Below are positions 19,447 to 30,364 of a DNA stretch of 64,000 bases, piece after piece. Both the position numbers and the translations under genes were made by a program. Origin of the DNA: an uncultured bacterium. Lineage in GTDB: Bacteria > Patescibacteriota > Saccharimonadia > UBA4664. The stretch is from assembly GCA_963720265.1 (NCBI GenBank), contig CAVRET010000001.1:261916-325915 (forward strand), in the 5' to 3' direction. Positions within the stretch are counted from its first letter, which is position 1; each line of letters opens with the position of its first letter. Below the pieces are notes generated by a model that was given only the letters and a program-made list of their open reading frames with translations, was not told the origin of the DNA and did no database searches.

Positions 19447-21366
19447 TTACATAATGGGCTTGAGGCCGGCGATGAGTTCGTCTAAGCCAACGGTGGCAAC
19501 GCCGATGACATGATCGGCGGCGCCGTAGTAGAGGTAGATTGTATCACCTTTTACGACTTGGCCGCAGGGAAACACGACATTGGAGATCCAGCCTTCGCGC
19601 TCGTACGGCTCAACCGGAGTCATGAGGGGCTGGGCGGTCCGGCCGATGAGGTGAGTGGGGTCGCGGCGGTCTAGCAGAGCGGCGCCTAGGCAGTAGTGTC
19701 CAGCCTCGGTGATGCCATGGTAAAACAGAATCCAGCCGGCGGGGGTTTTGATGGGTGGTCCGGCAATACCGACTTTTTTCGCGTCCCACATGCCCGGTCT
19801 CGGGCCCAGAATTTGAATACAGCGGGTAAGTTTTTCATCGCGGAAGTTGAGGCTCGTAACGTAATCGGCACAAATGTGGCCCCCTACGCGGTGGAGTACC
19901 ATGTAGCGGCCGTGCATAGCTTCTGGTACGAGGCAGGCGTCTTTGTCGTCGACGCCTTCCGGGCTGATAAGCCGCGCCGGAGTCCAGCGGTCCCAGCGGT
20001 GAACGAGGAAATCGGCGACCGAGATAGAGCTTTCGGCTACTTCTGGCGCAACGACCGAATCATAGGCAGTGTAGGTGAGGTAAAGCCGGTCACCGATGCG
20101 GGTGAGCCGCCCGTCTTCGCAGCCGGAGTTGTCGCTTGGACCGCCATGTTTTTGCTCAAAATCGGCGCGTGGTCCATAGATTGGCGTTTCCAGGCGCTCA
20201 TTAATGTGGAGGCCGTCTTTGGCTCTGGCATAGCCTATGACCGACGTGTTGTCAGGGCCAACCGCGCGGTAGAGTATGTGTGTACTGCCGTCGAGCTCAA
20301 CGGCAGTGGGATTGAGCACGTGACTGGCCTCCCAAGGGTGTGCTGCCACCGGCTCAAGTATCGGATTGCCCTGATAGCGCTTAGCGGCCTGGGTGACGGT
20401 GCCGTCGGCTGACAGGCTGGCCATCAGGCCGGAGAAGCTTAACCGAGCCCGACAGCAGGTGGTGTCGGTACCGCCGTAATAGAGTTCGAGCTCGTCGCCG
20501 TGACGGAGTGCGCCGGACGGAAAGATAATTTTGGGTAAGCGCCCGTAGCGCTCGTAGCCTTCTTCCGGCACCATGAATGGGAAAACGGTCCGGCGTAGGA
20601 CTTTGGTGGGGTGCTCAAGATCGAGCAGGGCGGCTTCGATGCCAAAGGTTTTGTGGTCGGTGAAGTAGTCTTGGATATGGGCGTATAGGAGTAGCCAGCC
20701 GTCCGGCGTCCAAAGCGGGGGCGCGCCAACCTCGACGTGCTCACCGTCGCCGCGCTTAAGATTTAGAGTGTGCTCGTCCAGGTGGTTGTACCAATGCTCC
20801 CAAAAGTAAGGTGACCACATGTCCTCGGGCGCGGCGAATTCGGCAATAGCGATGGAGCTGGGCGGCCGGTCGGAGTTAACGGTCAGAATGGCGCGTAGTT
20901 TGCCGTTGTGTCGCTCGGGGAAGAGCGCCATAGCCTTGGCGTTGAACGGAGTGACAAGATGGCGTTCATCGATGGTTTTCAGATCCTTCGTGGTGGCAAC
21001 CGCGACCTTAATGTTGTCGGGTCCAAATGGGTAGCCGGCTAAGGCAGTGTAGAAAATATAATAGGTGTGGCCAATTTTGGTTACCCGTGGGTCTTCGCAA
21101 CCAAACCGTTCCCACGGTTGTTCAGGCGTAATGAGCTGGCGTGGGCGGTTGAAGCCACGGCCGTTTGCCTCAGCGATGCCAATGGTTGAGAGCTCGAGGT
21201 CAGCTTGTCCAGCGTAGAGCGTGGGATGGGTGGCGGCGCGAAAGATGGCGTGAAGCTTGCCGTCGTGCATAACCGGCGAAGGGTTGAAAGCGGCTTCGGC
21301 GTACCATGGTTCGTTGGTATCGGGGCTGATAAGCGGGTTTTGGGGGTCGCGGGTGACACTAAACAT
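19447..21366 (-). CDS. Tandem double-domain GH130 protein
   Basis: Two repeats, one with GCEDPRV and one with GCEDGRL, plus DKDA and NVVFPCG. Confidence 0.9.
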   Translation of the reverse strand: MFSVTRDPQNPLISPDTNEPWYAEAAFNPSPVMHDGKLHAIFRAATHPTLYAGQADLELSTIGIAEANGRGFNRPRQLITPEQPWERFGCEDPRVTKIGHTYYIFYTALAGYPFGPDNIKVAVATTKDLKTIDERHLVTPFNAKAMALFPERHNGKLRAILTVNSDRPPSSIAIAEFAAPEDMWSPYFWEHWYNHLDEHTLNLKRGDGEHVEVGAPPLWTPDGWLLLYAHIQDYFTDHKTFGIEAALLDLEHPTKVLRRTVFPFMVPEEGYERYGRLPKIIFPSGALRHGDELELYYGGTDTTCCRARLSFSGLMASLSADGTVTQAAKRYQGNPILEPVAAHPWEASHVLNPTAVELDGSTHILYRAVGPDNTSVIGYARAKDGLHINERLETPIYGPRADFEQKHGGPSDNSGCEDGRLTRIGDRLYLTYTAYDSVVAPEVAESSISVADFLVHRWDRWTPARLISPEGVDDKDACLVPEAMHGRYMVLHRVGGHICADYVTSLNFRDEKLTRCIQILGPRPGMWDAKKVGIAGPPIKTPAGWILFYHGITEAGHYCLGAALLDRRDPTHLIGRTAQPLMTPVEPYEREGWISNVVFPCGQVVKGDTIYLYYGAADHVIGVATVGLDELIAGLKPIM

Positions 21367-21521
21367 GCTAATAGCGTATCATGCTCATGCTTTTCGTATA
21401 AGGTGCGGTTGATAGGCGCTCAGTATTAGGCTTATTAGGACAAACACCGATATAACGTTGAAGGCGGCGCCGCAGGGAGATATTCCCGTGCGGCGCCGCC
21501 AATGGATGTTGGTTGCGTCAG

Positions 21522-21827
21522 CTAGTGGGAGGATCGGAGCGAGAGCTCGCGCCTGAGCGCGGGACTCTGGGCGATGTCCACCGCGACGATGACCGCGAGA
21601 GCCACGAGCGCCATCCCGCCCGCGAAGGCGAGGACCTCGTAGGCGGCGTTGTGCGCGGTGGCGGTCGCCAGCAAGAGTGCCAGGTAGGCGACCAAGAGCG
21701 CGGTCGCGCGACGGGAGGAGGTCCTCTCCGCTGCCTGACGTGCTCGACGCCTCGCATCTTGTACGGTCCGTCCGGTCGGCTGGGTCATGACGACCTCCAA
21801 CTTGTCTAGGTTTGAGCCTGCGCTCAC
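21522..21827 (-). CDS. Small two-TM hypothetical protein (solitary unit C)
   Basis: Promoter TTGACT-N17-TATTAT at 21880-21908, hairpin at 21463-21500. Confidence 0.6.
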   Translation of the reverse strand: MSAGSNLDKLEVVMTQPTGRTVQDARRRARQAAERTSSRRATALLVAYLALLLATATAHNAAYEVLAFAGGMALVALAVIVAVDIAQSPALRRELSLRSSH

Positions 21828-21944
21828 TTATTTGTCCTGCCCCATCAGCCGTTGTGGCTCCTGGCAGTAACGTTTATGTATAATATCATAAAAATATTTA
21901 TAAGTCAATGTCTCGTTTGTTTTTGACGGCCCGATTGTTTGGCT

Positions 21945-23826
21945 TTATTCGTTGATCGGAAGTGAGAGGTCGACGGCCTCAAGCTGAGGCCTGGCGGCGG
22001 CGGTAAGTGCGTTTAAGAACTGCTCGACGTTGGCGCGGGCAGCGGCAATGCGCTTGTCTCCCCCGCCGTAGTAAACGATGAGGTTGGGGCCCACGATAAC
22101 GGCACCGCAAGTGTAAACCACGCCGGGTTTGCCGTCGTTCTCGTACCATTCCTCGGGGGCGAGAATGGGCTCGTTGGTACGGAAGAGGACCTGGGTGGGG
22201 TCGTGCAAGTCGAGCAACATGGCGCCGATTTTGTAGCGGCTGGGATCGGCTTTGTCGATAGCGTGGTAGAGCAAGAGCCAGCCGAGCTCAGTTTTGATGG
22301 GCGGAGCGCCGGCACCGCGCATGCCGTTGTCCCAGTGATGCGCCCGTTTGGGGTCGTGGTAGCCGCGGCCGCCGGCCTGAGGCAGGCTTTCGATGAATTT
22401 TTTGCCGTTGAGGTCATCGAGGCTGTCGACATATTCAACATGAATCTTGGGGCTGACGCCATGCAAAATGGCGTAGCGGCCGCCGATTTTGTCTGGAAAC
22501 AGCACCCAGTTTTTCTGGAGTTCGCCGGGTTTTGAAATGAGCACGGGCTTGCGCCATTTCCAGTGATGTTTTTGGACTTTGTCGAGCGGAATCGAGGTTA
22601 AAGCTTGGCGCACGAAACTCCAGCCCGTCAAAGGCGACATAGCTCATATAGACATCATCATCAATGACCACGGCGCGCGGATCTTCGCAGCCGGCCCAGC
22701 CGCCGCCTGAAACATTTAATTCGGGATCATAGCCGCGCCGGCCGCCGGCTACGGGTTTGGTTGGGATACCCATGCCTTTTATTGGTGTAAATACCGGGTA
22801 CGGTAGGCGCTCGTCAAAATGAATGCCGTCGGAGCTTGAAGCATACCCCAGGCGCGAAATGCCGTCCGGTCCCATGGCCCGGTACAAGAGGTGTACTCGC
22901 TCGCCGTCGGTAAACGCGGCCGGATTAAACACGGCGTGCGACTCCCATTCGTAGAACGTGGGCGAAAGAATGGGGTTGCGGGCAAAGCGGTGGAGTTTGG
23001 TGGCGTGCCGGCCGGAGCTTTGGCGGTGGTAGGGGTTGGGCAGGCGGACCACCACGATCTTGTCGTGAGCGGTTGAGAAATAGAGGTCAATGGTGTGATC
23101 GAATACCACGGCTCCAAGCGTGCGCGGTTCGGACGTGGCTTTGGCTATGAATTCATAGAATGGGGCTTCGGTGCGCCAGAGCACTCGCTCTGGCTCGCTG
23201 CGTGAACACAACAGGGTGCCGATGGCGATGGTGGTGCGGTCCCGTTTGGTAGTACGCGATTCATAGATCACGAGAATGCCGGTTTCAACTTGATCTACTG
23301 CGATAATTTTGAGTGCGGTGTGATCGAACTCGCCCGCTCGTGGCGCAGCTAGCACCTGAGGTACGGCGTGCCAGGCAACTAGGTTTTTGGAAAACGCGAC
23401 CTTGAGATCGCGCTCACCATAATAGAGTACATATTGGCCGTCGTGGCTATATTCCGGCACAACGGCGCCGGTTCCCCTGAGATGGTTGTTGAGTGCTGCT
23501 ACGTGCCACAGGTCCATTTCGCTATCGGCATCGAAAGCAGCCACGCGGACGTATTGCACGTCATCGTGAACAACCGAGTAGGTCAGGAGGCGCTCGTCGA
23601 GTACTGTCGCAATGCGGGCATCGGTTATGTGGGCCAGCGACTCTTTGCGTCCGAGCGGCAGCATGACGGATGGACTTTCATCTGAAAGATGGAAATTCTC
23701 GCCGTGCCCTTGGCCAACAACTAACCGGTAGGTCTCGGAGTACTTGTCGCGTCCTATGAGTCCGACTGCATTATCGTCACGAAAAATCCCAAGCGGATAG
23801 GTCTTCCTTAACCCCGGTTGCTGCAA
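21945..23826 (-). pseudogene. GH130 protein with degenerate N-terminal domain, split by a +1 frameshift near 22625
   Basis: ORF 22435-23826 (GCEDPRA..SYVAFDG) continues as WSFVRQAL..KNWVLFP in ORF 21945-22640. GACGGGCTGG carries one extra G. Confidence 0.82.
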
Positions 23827-23907
23827 CTGTGGATACTCCCTCTCTTCGTGCTCATTTTAGCACAAGCAGTATGAAAGTGAATAGTTTTTGTGTTGTTTTT
23901 TTTACAA

Positions 23908-24681
23908 CTACTTCGAGCTTGTTGCCGGGTGATGGTATGACGGTTCCTGGTAACGTTCGGACCATAGCCACCAGCGAATCTTTAAAGGGTCCAGTACTTC
24001 GCGCAGAGCACTTTTAAACTGCGGGTCGCCGGTGAGGCCGGCTCCGGGCGGTTTGGGGTCGCGCCAGTCCGCCGCTTCAAAAAAGGTGATATGGTAGCCG
24101 AGGTTGCGGGCGATGCCCAAAATCTCGAGATCAAAACTCCAGTTAATCAGGGTCTGGCGGCCGAATATGGCAAGTGCGGCGCTCGCCTCGAAGACTTTAA
24201 AGCCACATTGGGTGTCTTTAATGCCCGGCACCACAAACAACTGGGCGGCTAGATTGGCCAGTTTTGAGACAAGCCGGCGAGTGGGATTGTGGTGAATGCG
24301 CCAGAGGTCGCGTACCGCAATGCCGACTTGGCCGTGTCCGTCCATAAAGTGCTTCACGTCGTCGAGATGACGCAGAGGGGTGGCAAGATCGGCGTCCATG
24401 AACAGACGGTAGCGCCCAGTGGCTTCAAACATGCCGAGGCGCACCTGGTAGCCTTTGCCGACGCGAGGGCCAGAATCGATGACACGCAGGCGTTTGAACA
24501 GATGAGCTTGGCTTTTTGCGATCTCAAGCGTTCCGTCCGGGCTTTTGCAAATGACTGCCAGTACCTCAACCTCGCCGTAATCGTGCTGTTCTAACCAGGT
24601 TGCGAGCTGTTCCAGGCTTGATGCAATGACCGGTGCCTCATTGTAGGCCGGTATGATAATGCTGAGGTCTATTTCACTCAT
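23908..24681 (-). CDS. Polyprenol-phosphate glycosyltransferase (DPM/DPG synthase-like GT2)
   Basis: IIIPAYNEA, GKG, MDADLATP and DTQCGFK motifs. Confidence 0.92.
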   Translation of the reverse strand: MSEIDLSIIIPAYNEAPVIASSLEQLATWLEQHDYGEVEVLAVICKSPDGTLEIAKSQAHLFKRLRVIDSGPRVGKGYQVRLGMFEATGRYRLFMDADLATPLRHLDDVKHFMDGHGQVGIAVRDLWRIHHNPTRRLVSKLANLAAQLFVVPGIKDTQCGFKVFEASAALAIFGRQTLINWSFDLEILGIARNLGYHITFFEAADWRDPKPPGAGLTGDPQFKSALREVLDPLKIRWWLWSERYQEPSYHHPATSSK

Positions 24682-26216
24682 TTGGTTGAATCATACACGT
24701 AATAAATTTGAGCTTGGTTGAAGGTGGAGTACTGTGGTTGCAAGATATGCCCCGGGAATTTGGCCTGAAGGGCCTTGGTGGCGTCCGAGCGCGATGCAGA
24801 GGCAATCAGGAACTCGACCGGCGTGGTGGCGGGTAGGCTTGTTATGGCCTCAGCGGCTACGACCTGGTACGGGGCCTTATCATAGTTGAGATAGGCTATT
24901 ACTGGCAACTGATCGGCCGGCGCGACGATGTAGCGGGTGCCGGTAAACGGCGTCGATGCCATATAATGTGCCATCCCAACGGCGCCTTCGTCGTAGGCCG
25001 CGTAAACCTCAGAAGCGGCGGCCCAGGCGCGGAAGTATTGGGTGTAGCCCTGAAAAATGGTGAGGCCTAGCAATACTATCACGGCCGACTGACCGGCTGT
25101 GCGAGCAGCCGAATTAATTGGAAACGTAGTATACCAGAGTTCGAGCAGATACGATATGCCGATGGCAGATATGACGAATATGGCTGGCATCATAAAAGCT
25201 GCGTGCGCGGCGTTGGGCACACCGACAGTACTCAGCGTTGTGGTAATGATGCCTATGATTAGAATGACAAATATCAGACGGTAGCGTCGCTCGTGTAACC
25301 TGGAAATCCCGACGAGCAGGCCGGCGACTAGGGTGAGGCCGACGAAGGCGTTGAGCATCGGTTCGCCGGCTAGGTTGTGGCGCCAGTTTTGGTCACCCGA
25401 CACATTAAACATGAAGAGCACTTTGAGCAGATTGGCGGTGAGCGTCATTGGGTTTATGGTCAGGCCGAGGGTGCTGGGCAGATGCTTAAGGTTGTGTAAG
25501 GAGATTGTTGCGGTCATGACAAAGCCGGCCAGACCACCGAGGAGCACGCAGGTGGCAAGGACGTGATTGCGGCCGGTAAGGTTTAGTTTGCGTTCACGAA
25601 TCATAATGGATAGGCCGATCCCCAGTGTGGTGGCAAATATGAGCCAGCCGAGCGGGCCAGAGAATAGATTCGCTACCAATGCAACGGCCAGGGCTGTATA
25701 TGTAATGAGGCCAGGCTTTCGGCGGGCCAAGGTGGCAAGCCAGAGCGTGAGTGTGGCCAGAAACGGAATGATGGCGACGCTTGAGCCGTCGCGGCTTAAC
25801 GTTACCGCCCACGGCGTAACGGCCATGAGGAGCGCGCTTAGCCAGGCGGCCCGCAGGCCAAACCAGTTTTTTGTCCACAGCCAGGTAGTAAGCACGGCGA
25901 GGGTGCCAAAAATGGCCGGCCACAGTCGCAAAGCGAGCAGACTGGAGCCCAGGATTTTAACCATGATGCTTTGCAGTGCGACCCACAGCGGAGCGTAATT
26001 GTTAGCCGAGACCAGCCCGGGCAAGTGGGCATGATGCGCAAGCGCTAGCGCCTGCAGGCCAATTGCGGCCGGGGTGTTGTATAGCCCCGGCGGTATGGTG
26101 CCCAGGCGCCAGAAGCGAAATATAGCGCCCAGTGCCGCCGTGGCAGCAAGCGCAATCTGGGACGTGTAAGGGCCAAGCCAAGCGAACGGCGGCTGGAGCT
26201 TGGGTGCGCGTGGCAT
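24678..26216 (-). CDS. GT-C-like membrane protein lacking the DE motif
   Basis: FRFWRLGTIPPGLY.., ALRL, AVTPW..LSR, GDQNWRHN, many TMs. Confidence 0.78.
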   Translation of the reverse strand: MPRAPKLQPPFAWLGPYTSQIALAATAALGAIFRFWRLGTIPPGLYNTPAAIGLQALALAHHAHLPGLVSANNYAPLWVALQSIMVKILGSSLLALRLWPAIFGTLAVLTTWLWTKNWFGLRAAWLSALLMAVTPWAVTLSRDGSSVAIIPFLATLTLWLATLARRKPGLITYTALAVALVANLFSGPLGWLIFATTLGIGLSIMIRERKLNLTGRNHVLATCVLLGGLAGFVMTATISLHNLKHLPSTLGLTINPMTLTANLLKVLFMFNVSGDQNWRHNLAGEPMLNAFVGLTLVAGLLVGISRLHERRYRLIFVILIIGIITTTLSTVGVPNAAHAAFMMPAIFVISAIGISYLLELWYTTFPINSAARTAGQSAVIVLLGLTIFQGYTQYFRAWAAASEVYAAYDEGAVGMAHYMASTPFTGTRYIVAPADQLPVIAYLNYDKAPYQVVAAEAITSLPATTPVEFLIASASRSDATKALQAKFPGHILQPQYSTFNQAQIYYVYDSTK

Positions 26217-26707
26217 TACAGAAACACCACTTTTTTATAGGCTACGTAATTCCAAGCCAGGCTAATAATGGTGCCGACTAGTTTGGCAAAGTTTTTGATA
26301 ATGAACTGGTCGTGCCCGCTGACACCTAAGGCGTGGCAAAGCGTGACGGCGGCATCGGCCGGACCGAGCCAGACTTCGGTGAGCAGTTTGATGGTACCGG
26401 TTTGCAAAACGTAGAGGCCGAAGGCGGTGACGAGGTAGAACGAGATGACCTGGCGCCAAAACGGGCCGCTGTGCTCGCGAAACACCAGCTTGCGGTTGGC
26501 GAAAAAGCTCACGATCATGGCCACGGTGGTGGAGATGAGGTTGGCCTGCACCAGGGTGAGCCGGCCAGGCGCCGAGAGAATGTTGAAGAGCCCGAAATCG
26601 ATGAGCGTGTTAACGACGCCGACGAGTCCAAACTGGCCGATACGCTTAGCCTCTGCCCGCTTTGTTTGGCCTTGTGTCACTCCGACCTCATTTGATGATT
26701 TAAGCAT
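26216..26707 (-). CDS. GtrA-family protein (lipid-linked sugar flippase-like)
   Basis: QFGLVGVVNTLIDFGLF, SFFANRKLVF and WNYVAYKKVVF motifs. Confidence 0.9.
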   Translation of the reverse strand: MLKSSNEVGVTQGQTKRAEAKRIGQFGLVGVVNTLIDFGLFNILSAPGRLTLVQANLISTTVAMIVSFFANRKLVFREHSGPFWRQVISFYLVTAFGLYVLQTGTIKLLTEVWLGPADAAVTLCHALGVSGHDQFIIKNFAKLVGTIISLAWNYVAYKKVVFL

Positions 26708-26862
26708 AATTGATTTGGCAGGTAGCTGTAAACCGGCCTCGCGGTAACAGATTGACTGCTTTATCGCCGCACCTAGCGCGGAACGCTCGCTGCGTAACTC
26801 GCTTGCGCTCAAACAGTGCTCGCGCCACGTCCTGCGCTGGACTTGGTATACGGCATGATCGC

Positions 26863-28272
26863 TTATCCGCGGAAGCGTTCAAGGTCGGTGAAGCGGCGCT
26901 GGTCGGCTTGGAAGTAGAGCTCGATATCGCGAATCGGACCGTTACGGTGCTTCCTAATGAGGAGTTCTGTGACGTGCTCATCCTCCTCCTTGTTGTAATA
27001 CCAGGGTCGGTAGATGAAGGCCACTACGTCGGCGTCTTGCTCAATGCTGCCGGAGTCGCGTAGGTCGGATAGCACCGGCACCGGAGGGGTGCGTGATTCA
27101 ACGTTACGTGACAGCTGGCTACAGGCGATGACGGGCACATTGATTTCGCGGGCTAGTCCTTTGAGTCCGCGCGAGATCTCTGACACCTCCTGCTGACGGC
27201 CCTCAAAGCTTTTGGCCCCGCCTGAAATGAGTTGGAGGTAATCGATAATAATGAGGCCCAAACCGTGTTCTGCTTGCAGTCGTCGGGCTTTAGTGCGCAT
27301 TTCCATGACATTGGTAACGGCTGAGTCATCAATGTAGAGAGGGGCTTCGGACAACTCGGCCATGGCTTCGTTGATGCGCGGGAAATCGGCGTCTTCAAGC
27401 GCGCCGGTGCGCAGTTTCCAGGAATCGACCCCGGATTCGATAGCCAAAAGCTGATCAATAAGCTGCTCTTTTGACACCTCAAGACTAAAGAAGCCAACCG
27501 GTACGCCCTCTTTGGCAGCAACATGGTGAGCGAGGTTCATGACGAGCGTTGTCTTGCCCATGGACGGGCGGGCGGCCAGAATGATGAGGTCAGAATTTTG
27601 TAGTCCCGCGAGCGTTGCGTCGAGATCCTTAAAGCCGGTCGGTATGCCGCGGAGTTTGCCGGAGTTGGCATGAAGTTCGCCGAGGCGCTCAAAAGAGTCG
27701 GCGAGGATAGTTTTTACCGGAATGAAGTTTTGTTTGAGGTTTTTTTGCGAGACTTCGAAAATGGTTTGCTCGGCCCGGTCGAGTAGTTGGTCGAGCGGCG
27801 TTTGCTCATCGTAGCCGTTTTGGGAAATAGCGCTGGCTGCGGCGATCAGGCGGCGCAGCGTGGCTTTGTGGCTAACAATACCGGCATAGTGTACAACGTG
27901 GGCGGCGGTTGGTACGGCAGCGGTGAGCTCGGTAACGAAGGCTGCGCCGCCGATGCGGTCGAGTTCGCCCGCGTCGCGCAGTTTGCCTGAGAGCGATACG
28001 ACATCGATGGGCTGGCGCTGCTCGTAAAGGTCCATCATAGCGGCGAAAATAAGGCCGTGGCGGTCGACGTAAAAATCGTCGGCTGTGACGATGTCGGCGA
28101 TTTTGATAATAGCGTCTTTTTCAATCAGGAGGGCACCCAAGAGGCTTGTTTCGGCCTCGATGTTTTGCGGCGGCACGCGGCCGGCCGCTACTTCCATATT
28201 AATGATCTGTCCAACAGACGGCAGATTGCCGCGAGGCGCGCGGGGATTGGTTGCGTTAGGACGGTCGGCCAT
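26863..28272 (-). CDS. dnaB: Replicative DNA helicase
   Basis: ARPSMGKT, IIDYLQLI and DLRDSGSIEQDAD motifs. Confidence 0.98.
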   Translation of the reverse strand: MADRPNATNPRAPRGNLPSVGQIINMEVAAGRVPPQNIEAETSLLGALLIEKDAIIKIADIVTADDFYVDRHGLIFAAMMDLYEQRQPIDVVSLSGKLRDAGELDRIGGAAFVTELTAAVPTAAHVVHYAGIVSHKATLRRLIAAASAISQNGYDEQTPLDQLLDRAEQTIFEVSQKNLKQNFIPVKTILADSFERLGELHANSGKLRGIPTGFKDLDATLAGLQNSDLIILAARPSMGKTTLVMNLAHHVAAKEGVPVGFFSLEVSKEQLIDQLLAIESGVDSWKLRTGALEDADFPRINEAMAELSEAPLYIDDSAVTNVMEMRTKARRLQAEHGLGLIIIDYLQLISGGAKSFEGRQQEVSEISRGLKGLAREINVPVIACSQLSRNVESRTPPVPVLSDLRDSGSIEQDADVVAFIYRPWYYNKEEDEHVTELLIRKHRNGPIRDIELYFQADQRRFTDLERFRG

Positions 28273-29774
28273 TAATCCACTACCTCACCGCCTAAGATTT
28301 CGAGCGCTGATGAGACGAGCTCGGTATTAGGGTCAACAGTCTTGGCCTTGGGTCGCGCGCGTTCGTCGGTATGGGCAGTGACTTTGATAGGCCGTCCGTA
28401 GACTTTGGCTGCCGCGGCTTCGATGAGGCGCAAATTAGCCGGCTTGAGGAAGAGGTCGCGATGGAAATTAAAACGGGGTCTAACCACAACTTCGTTGTCG
28501 CCAAAATCAACCGGATACATCTGGAGCGAGGCGCTCAGCGGGACGGATTTGGATTTGATGAGTACCAAGACCTTTGGCCAGAGCTCGGCCGTGAGAGCGG
28601 GAGCGGATGCGGCTGCCTGAGGCTCGGCTGCTAACGGCGCCAGCGGTGTGGCGGCGGCAGCCGGTTGCTCGGGTTCTGGGGCGTCGGCCTCCTGGCGGGG
28701 CCGTTTTGACGCCTCGGCAGGCTGTTTGCGGGCAGGATCTGCCCCGTTCGCGGCAAGCTGAACAACGACAGCTTCGAGTGACAGTTGCGGCCAGGCCGAG
28801 CGGCTAATTTCTAGTAATGCCTGCACGATTTCGGCGCACCGGGCCGGTGATACAGCGAGGTCTGGCTGTTCGGCGCCTGTAGCGCCGGCGGCCGCCAGGA
28901 GCTGTTCGCGCCAATAGTCGGTTAGTTGGGCAACGAGCTGACCAGCCGGGGTGCCTGCGGCCTCGAGCTTACTAATAGCCACAAGGGCGGTTTTGGCATC
29001 ACTTTCGGCAATGGCCGTACTGATCGCGGCTATGGCTTCGATATCAGTAAAACCAAGTAAGTCGCGGGCGATGGCGGCGGTAATTGGTGCAGTACCGGCG
29101 GCGGCTAGCTGGTCGAGCAGACTGATGGCATCGCGGAAACCGCCTCTCGCCGCCCGGGCAATCACCTCGAGCGCGGCCGGCTCGATGGTGATGTTTTCGG
29201 CAGCCGCAATTTTTGCCAGATGGCTCATAAGGTCGGCATTACTAATAGGTTTAAAGTTGAAGCGCTGCGTGCGCGAAATAATGGTAGCCGGCAGCTTGTG
29301 CGCCTCAGTGGTGGCGAGTATAAACACGGCGTGAGCCGGCGGCTCCTCAAGGGTTTTAAGCAAGGCGTTAAAGGCCTCGGCCGTGAGCATGTGGACTTCA
29401 TCAATAATGTAGACTTTGTACTTGCCCTGAGTGGGAGCCAGGTTGATCTTGTCCTTTAGCTCGCGGATTGAATCAATAGAGCGATTGGAGGCGGCATCGA
29501 TCTCGATCACGTCCAAGGAGGCGCTTTGGATGGCCTTGCAGTTGGCGCATTCGTTGCACGGCTTGGGATTTCCAGTACAGTTAAGCGCCTTAGCCAGTAA
29601 TCTGGCGACGCTCGTCTTGCCCGTACCGCGTGGGCCGGTAAAGAGGTAGGCGTGACTCGTGCGTCCATTCGTCAGCGCGTTTACCAGCGTTGCTACAACA
29701 TGGTCTTGCCCGACCACTTCGTCGAACCGTGCGCTCCGATACTTGCGATATAATACCTGGTCAGACACCCTCAC
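28272..29774 (-). CDS. dnaX: DNA polymerase III gamma/tau subunit
   Basis: LYRKYR, GPRGTGKTS, IDEVHML and AFNALLKTLEEPP motifs. Confidence 0.97.
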   Translation of the reverse strand: MRVSDQVLYRKYRSARFDEVVGQDHVVATLVNALTNGRTSHAYLFTGPRGTGKTSVARLLAKALNCTGNPKPCNECANCKAIQSASLDVIEIDAASNRSIDSIRELKDKINLAPTQGKYKVYIIDEVHMLTAEAFNALLKTLEEPPAHAVFILATTEAHKLPATIISRTQRFNFKPISNADLMSHLAKIAAAENITIEPAALEVIARAARGGFRDAISLLDQLAAAGTAPITAAIARDLLGFTDIEAIAAISTAIAESDAKTALVAISKLEAAGTPAGQLVAQLTDYWREQLLAAAGATGAEQPDLAVSPARCAEIVQALLEISRSAWPQLSLEAVVVQLAANGADPARKQPAEASKRPRQEADAPEPEQPAAAATPLAPLAAEPQAAASAPALTAELWPKVLVLIKSKSVPLSASLQMYPVDFGDNEVVVRPRFNFHRDLFLKPANLRLIEAAAAKVYGRPIKVTAHTDERARPKAKTVDPNTELVSSALEILGGEVVD

Positions 29775-29803
29775 CCCCGTTTAGTCGTGACTTCTATTAT
29801 ATC

Positions 29804-30364
29804 TTAGCTGGGCTTGTGGGCGGTAGTGGATAAGACCTGCGCCAGCTCACGCGCGGCAACAGCGCGCATGCTTATGCGGTTTTTGATTTCGGGGCCGAGT
29901 TCGGCGAAGGTTTGGTCGTATCCGTCTGGCACAAAAATCGGGTCAAAGCCATGGCCGTTGGTACCTCTAGGTGGCACAATTCGGCCATGGACCTCGCCGG
30001 TAACGTAGTGGTTGTGACCATTGGCATCGCGGAAGCCAAGCGTGGTGCGAACGATGACTGATTGATCATCGTAGCGGCTGGCCAGTTCTGCTATGCCCTC
30101 GAGGCCGATGCCTTTGATAAACCATTTGACAAGTGGCCCAGGTAAGCTGCCCAGGCAGTTTAGGATGTAGGCTGTGTCATCGACGATAAATTCGCCGTCG
30201 TGATGAAGCGCGGCTTGCTCTAATTTGTGCTCAATAACAACTTGCGAATCAAGGCTCTGAATTTCATCAAGGTCGAGGTCTAGCTGCTGAAGCTCGAAGT
30301 CGGCTAAAAGCACCGACATCTCGCGGAATTTGTTAGCGTTACCGCTGATAAAATAGAGCGGCAT
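29804..30364 (-). CDS. Ham1/ITPase non-canonical purine NTP pyrophosphatase
   Basis: [21 protein letters not shown] and KNRISMR motifs. Confidence 0.92.
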   Translation of the reverse strand: MPLYFISGNANKFREMSVLLADFELQQLDLDLDEIQSLDSQVVIEHKLEQAALHHDGEFIVDDTAYILNCLGSLPGPLVKWFIKGIGLEGIAELASRYDDQSVIVRTTLGFRDANGHNHYVTGEVHGRIVPPRGTNGHGFDPIFVPDGYDQTFAELGPEIKNRISMRAVAARELAQVLSTTAHKPS

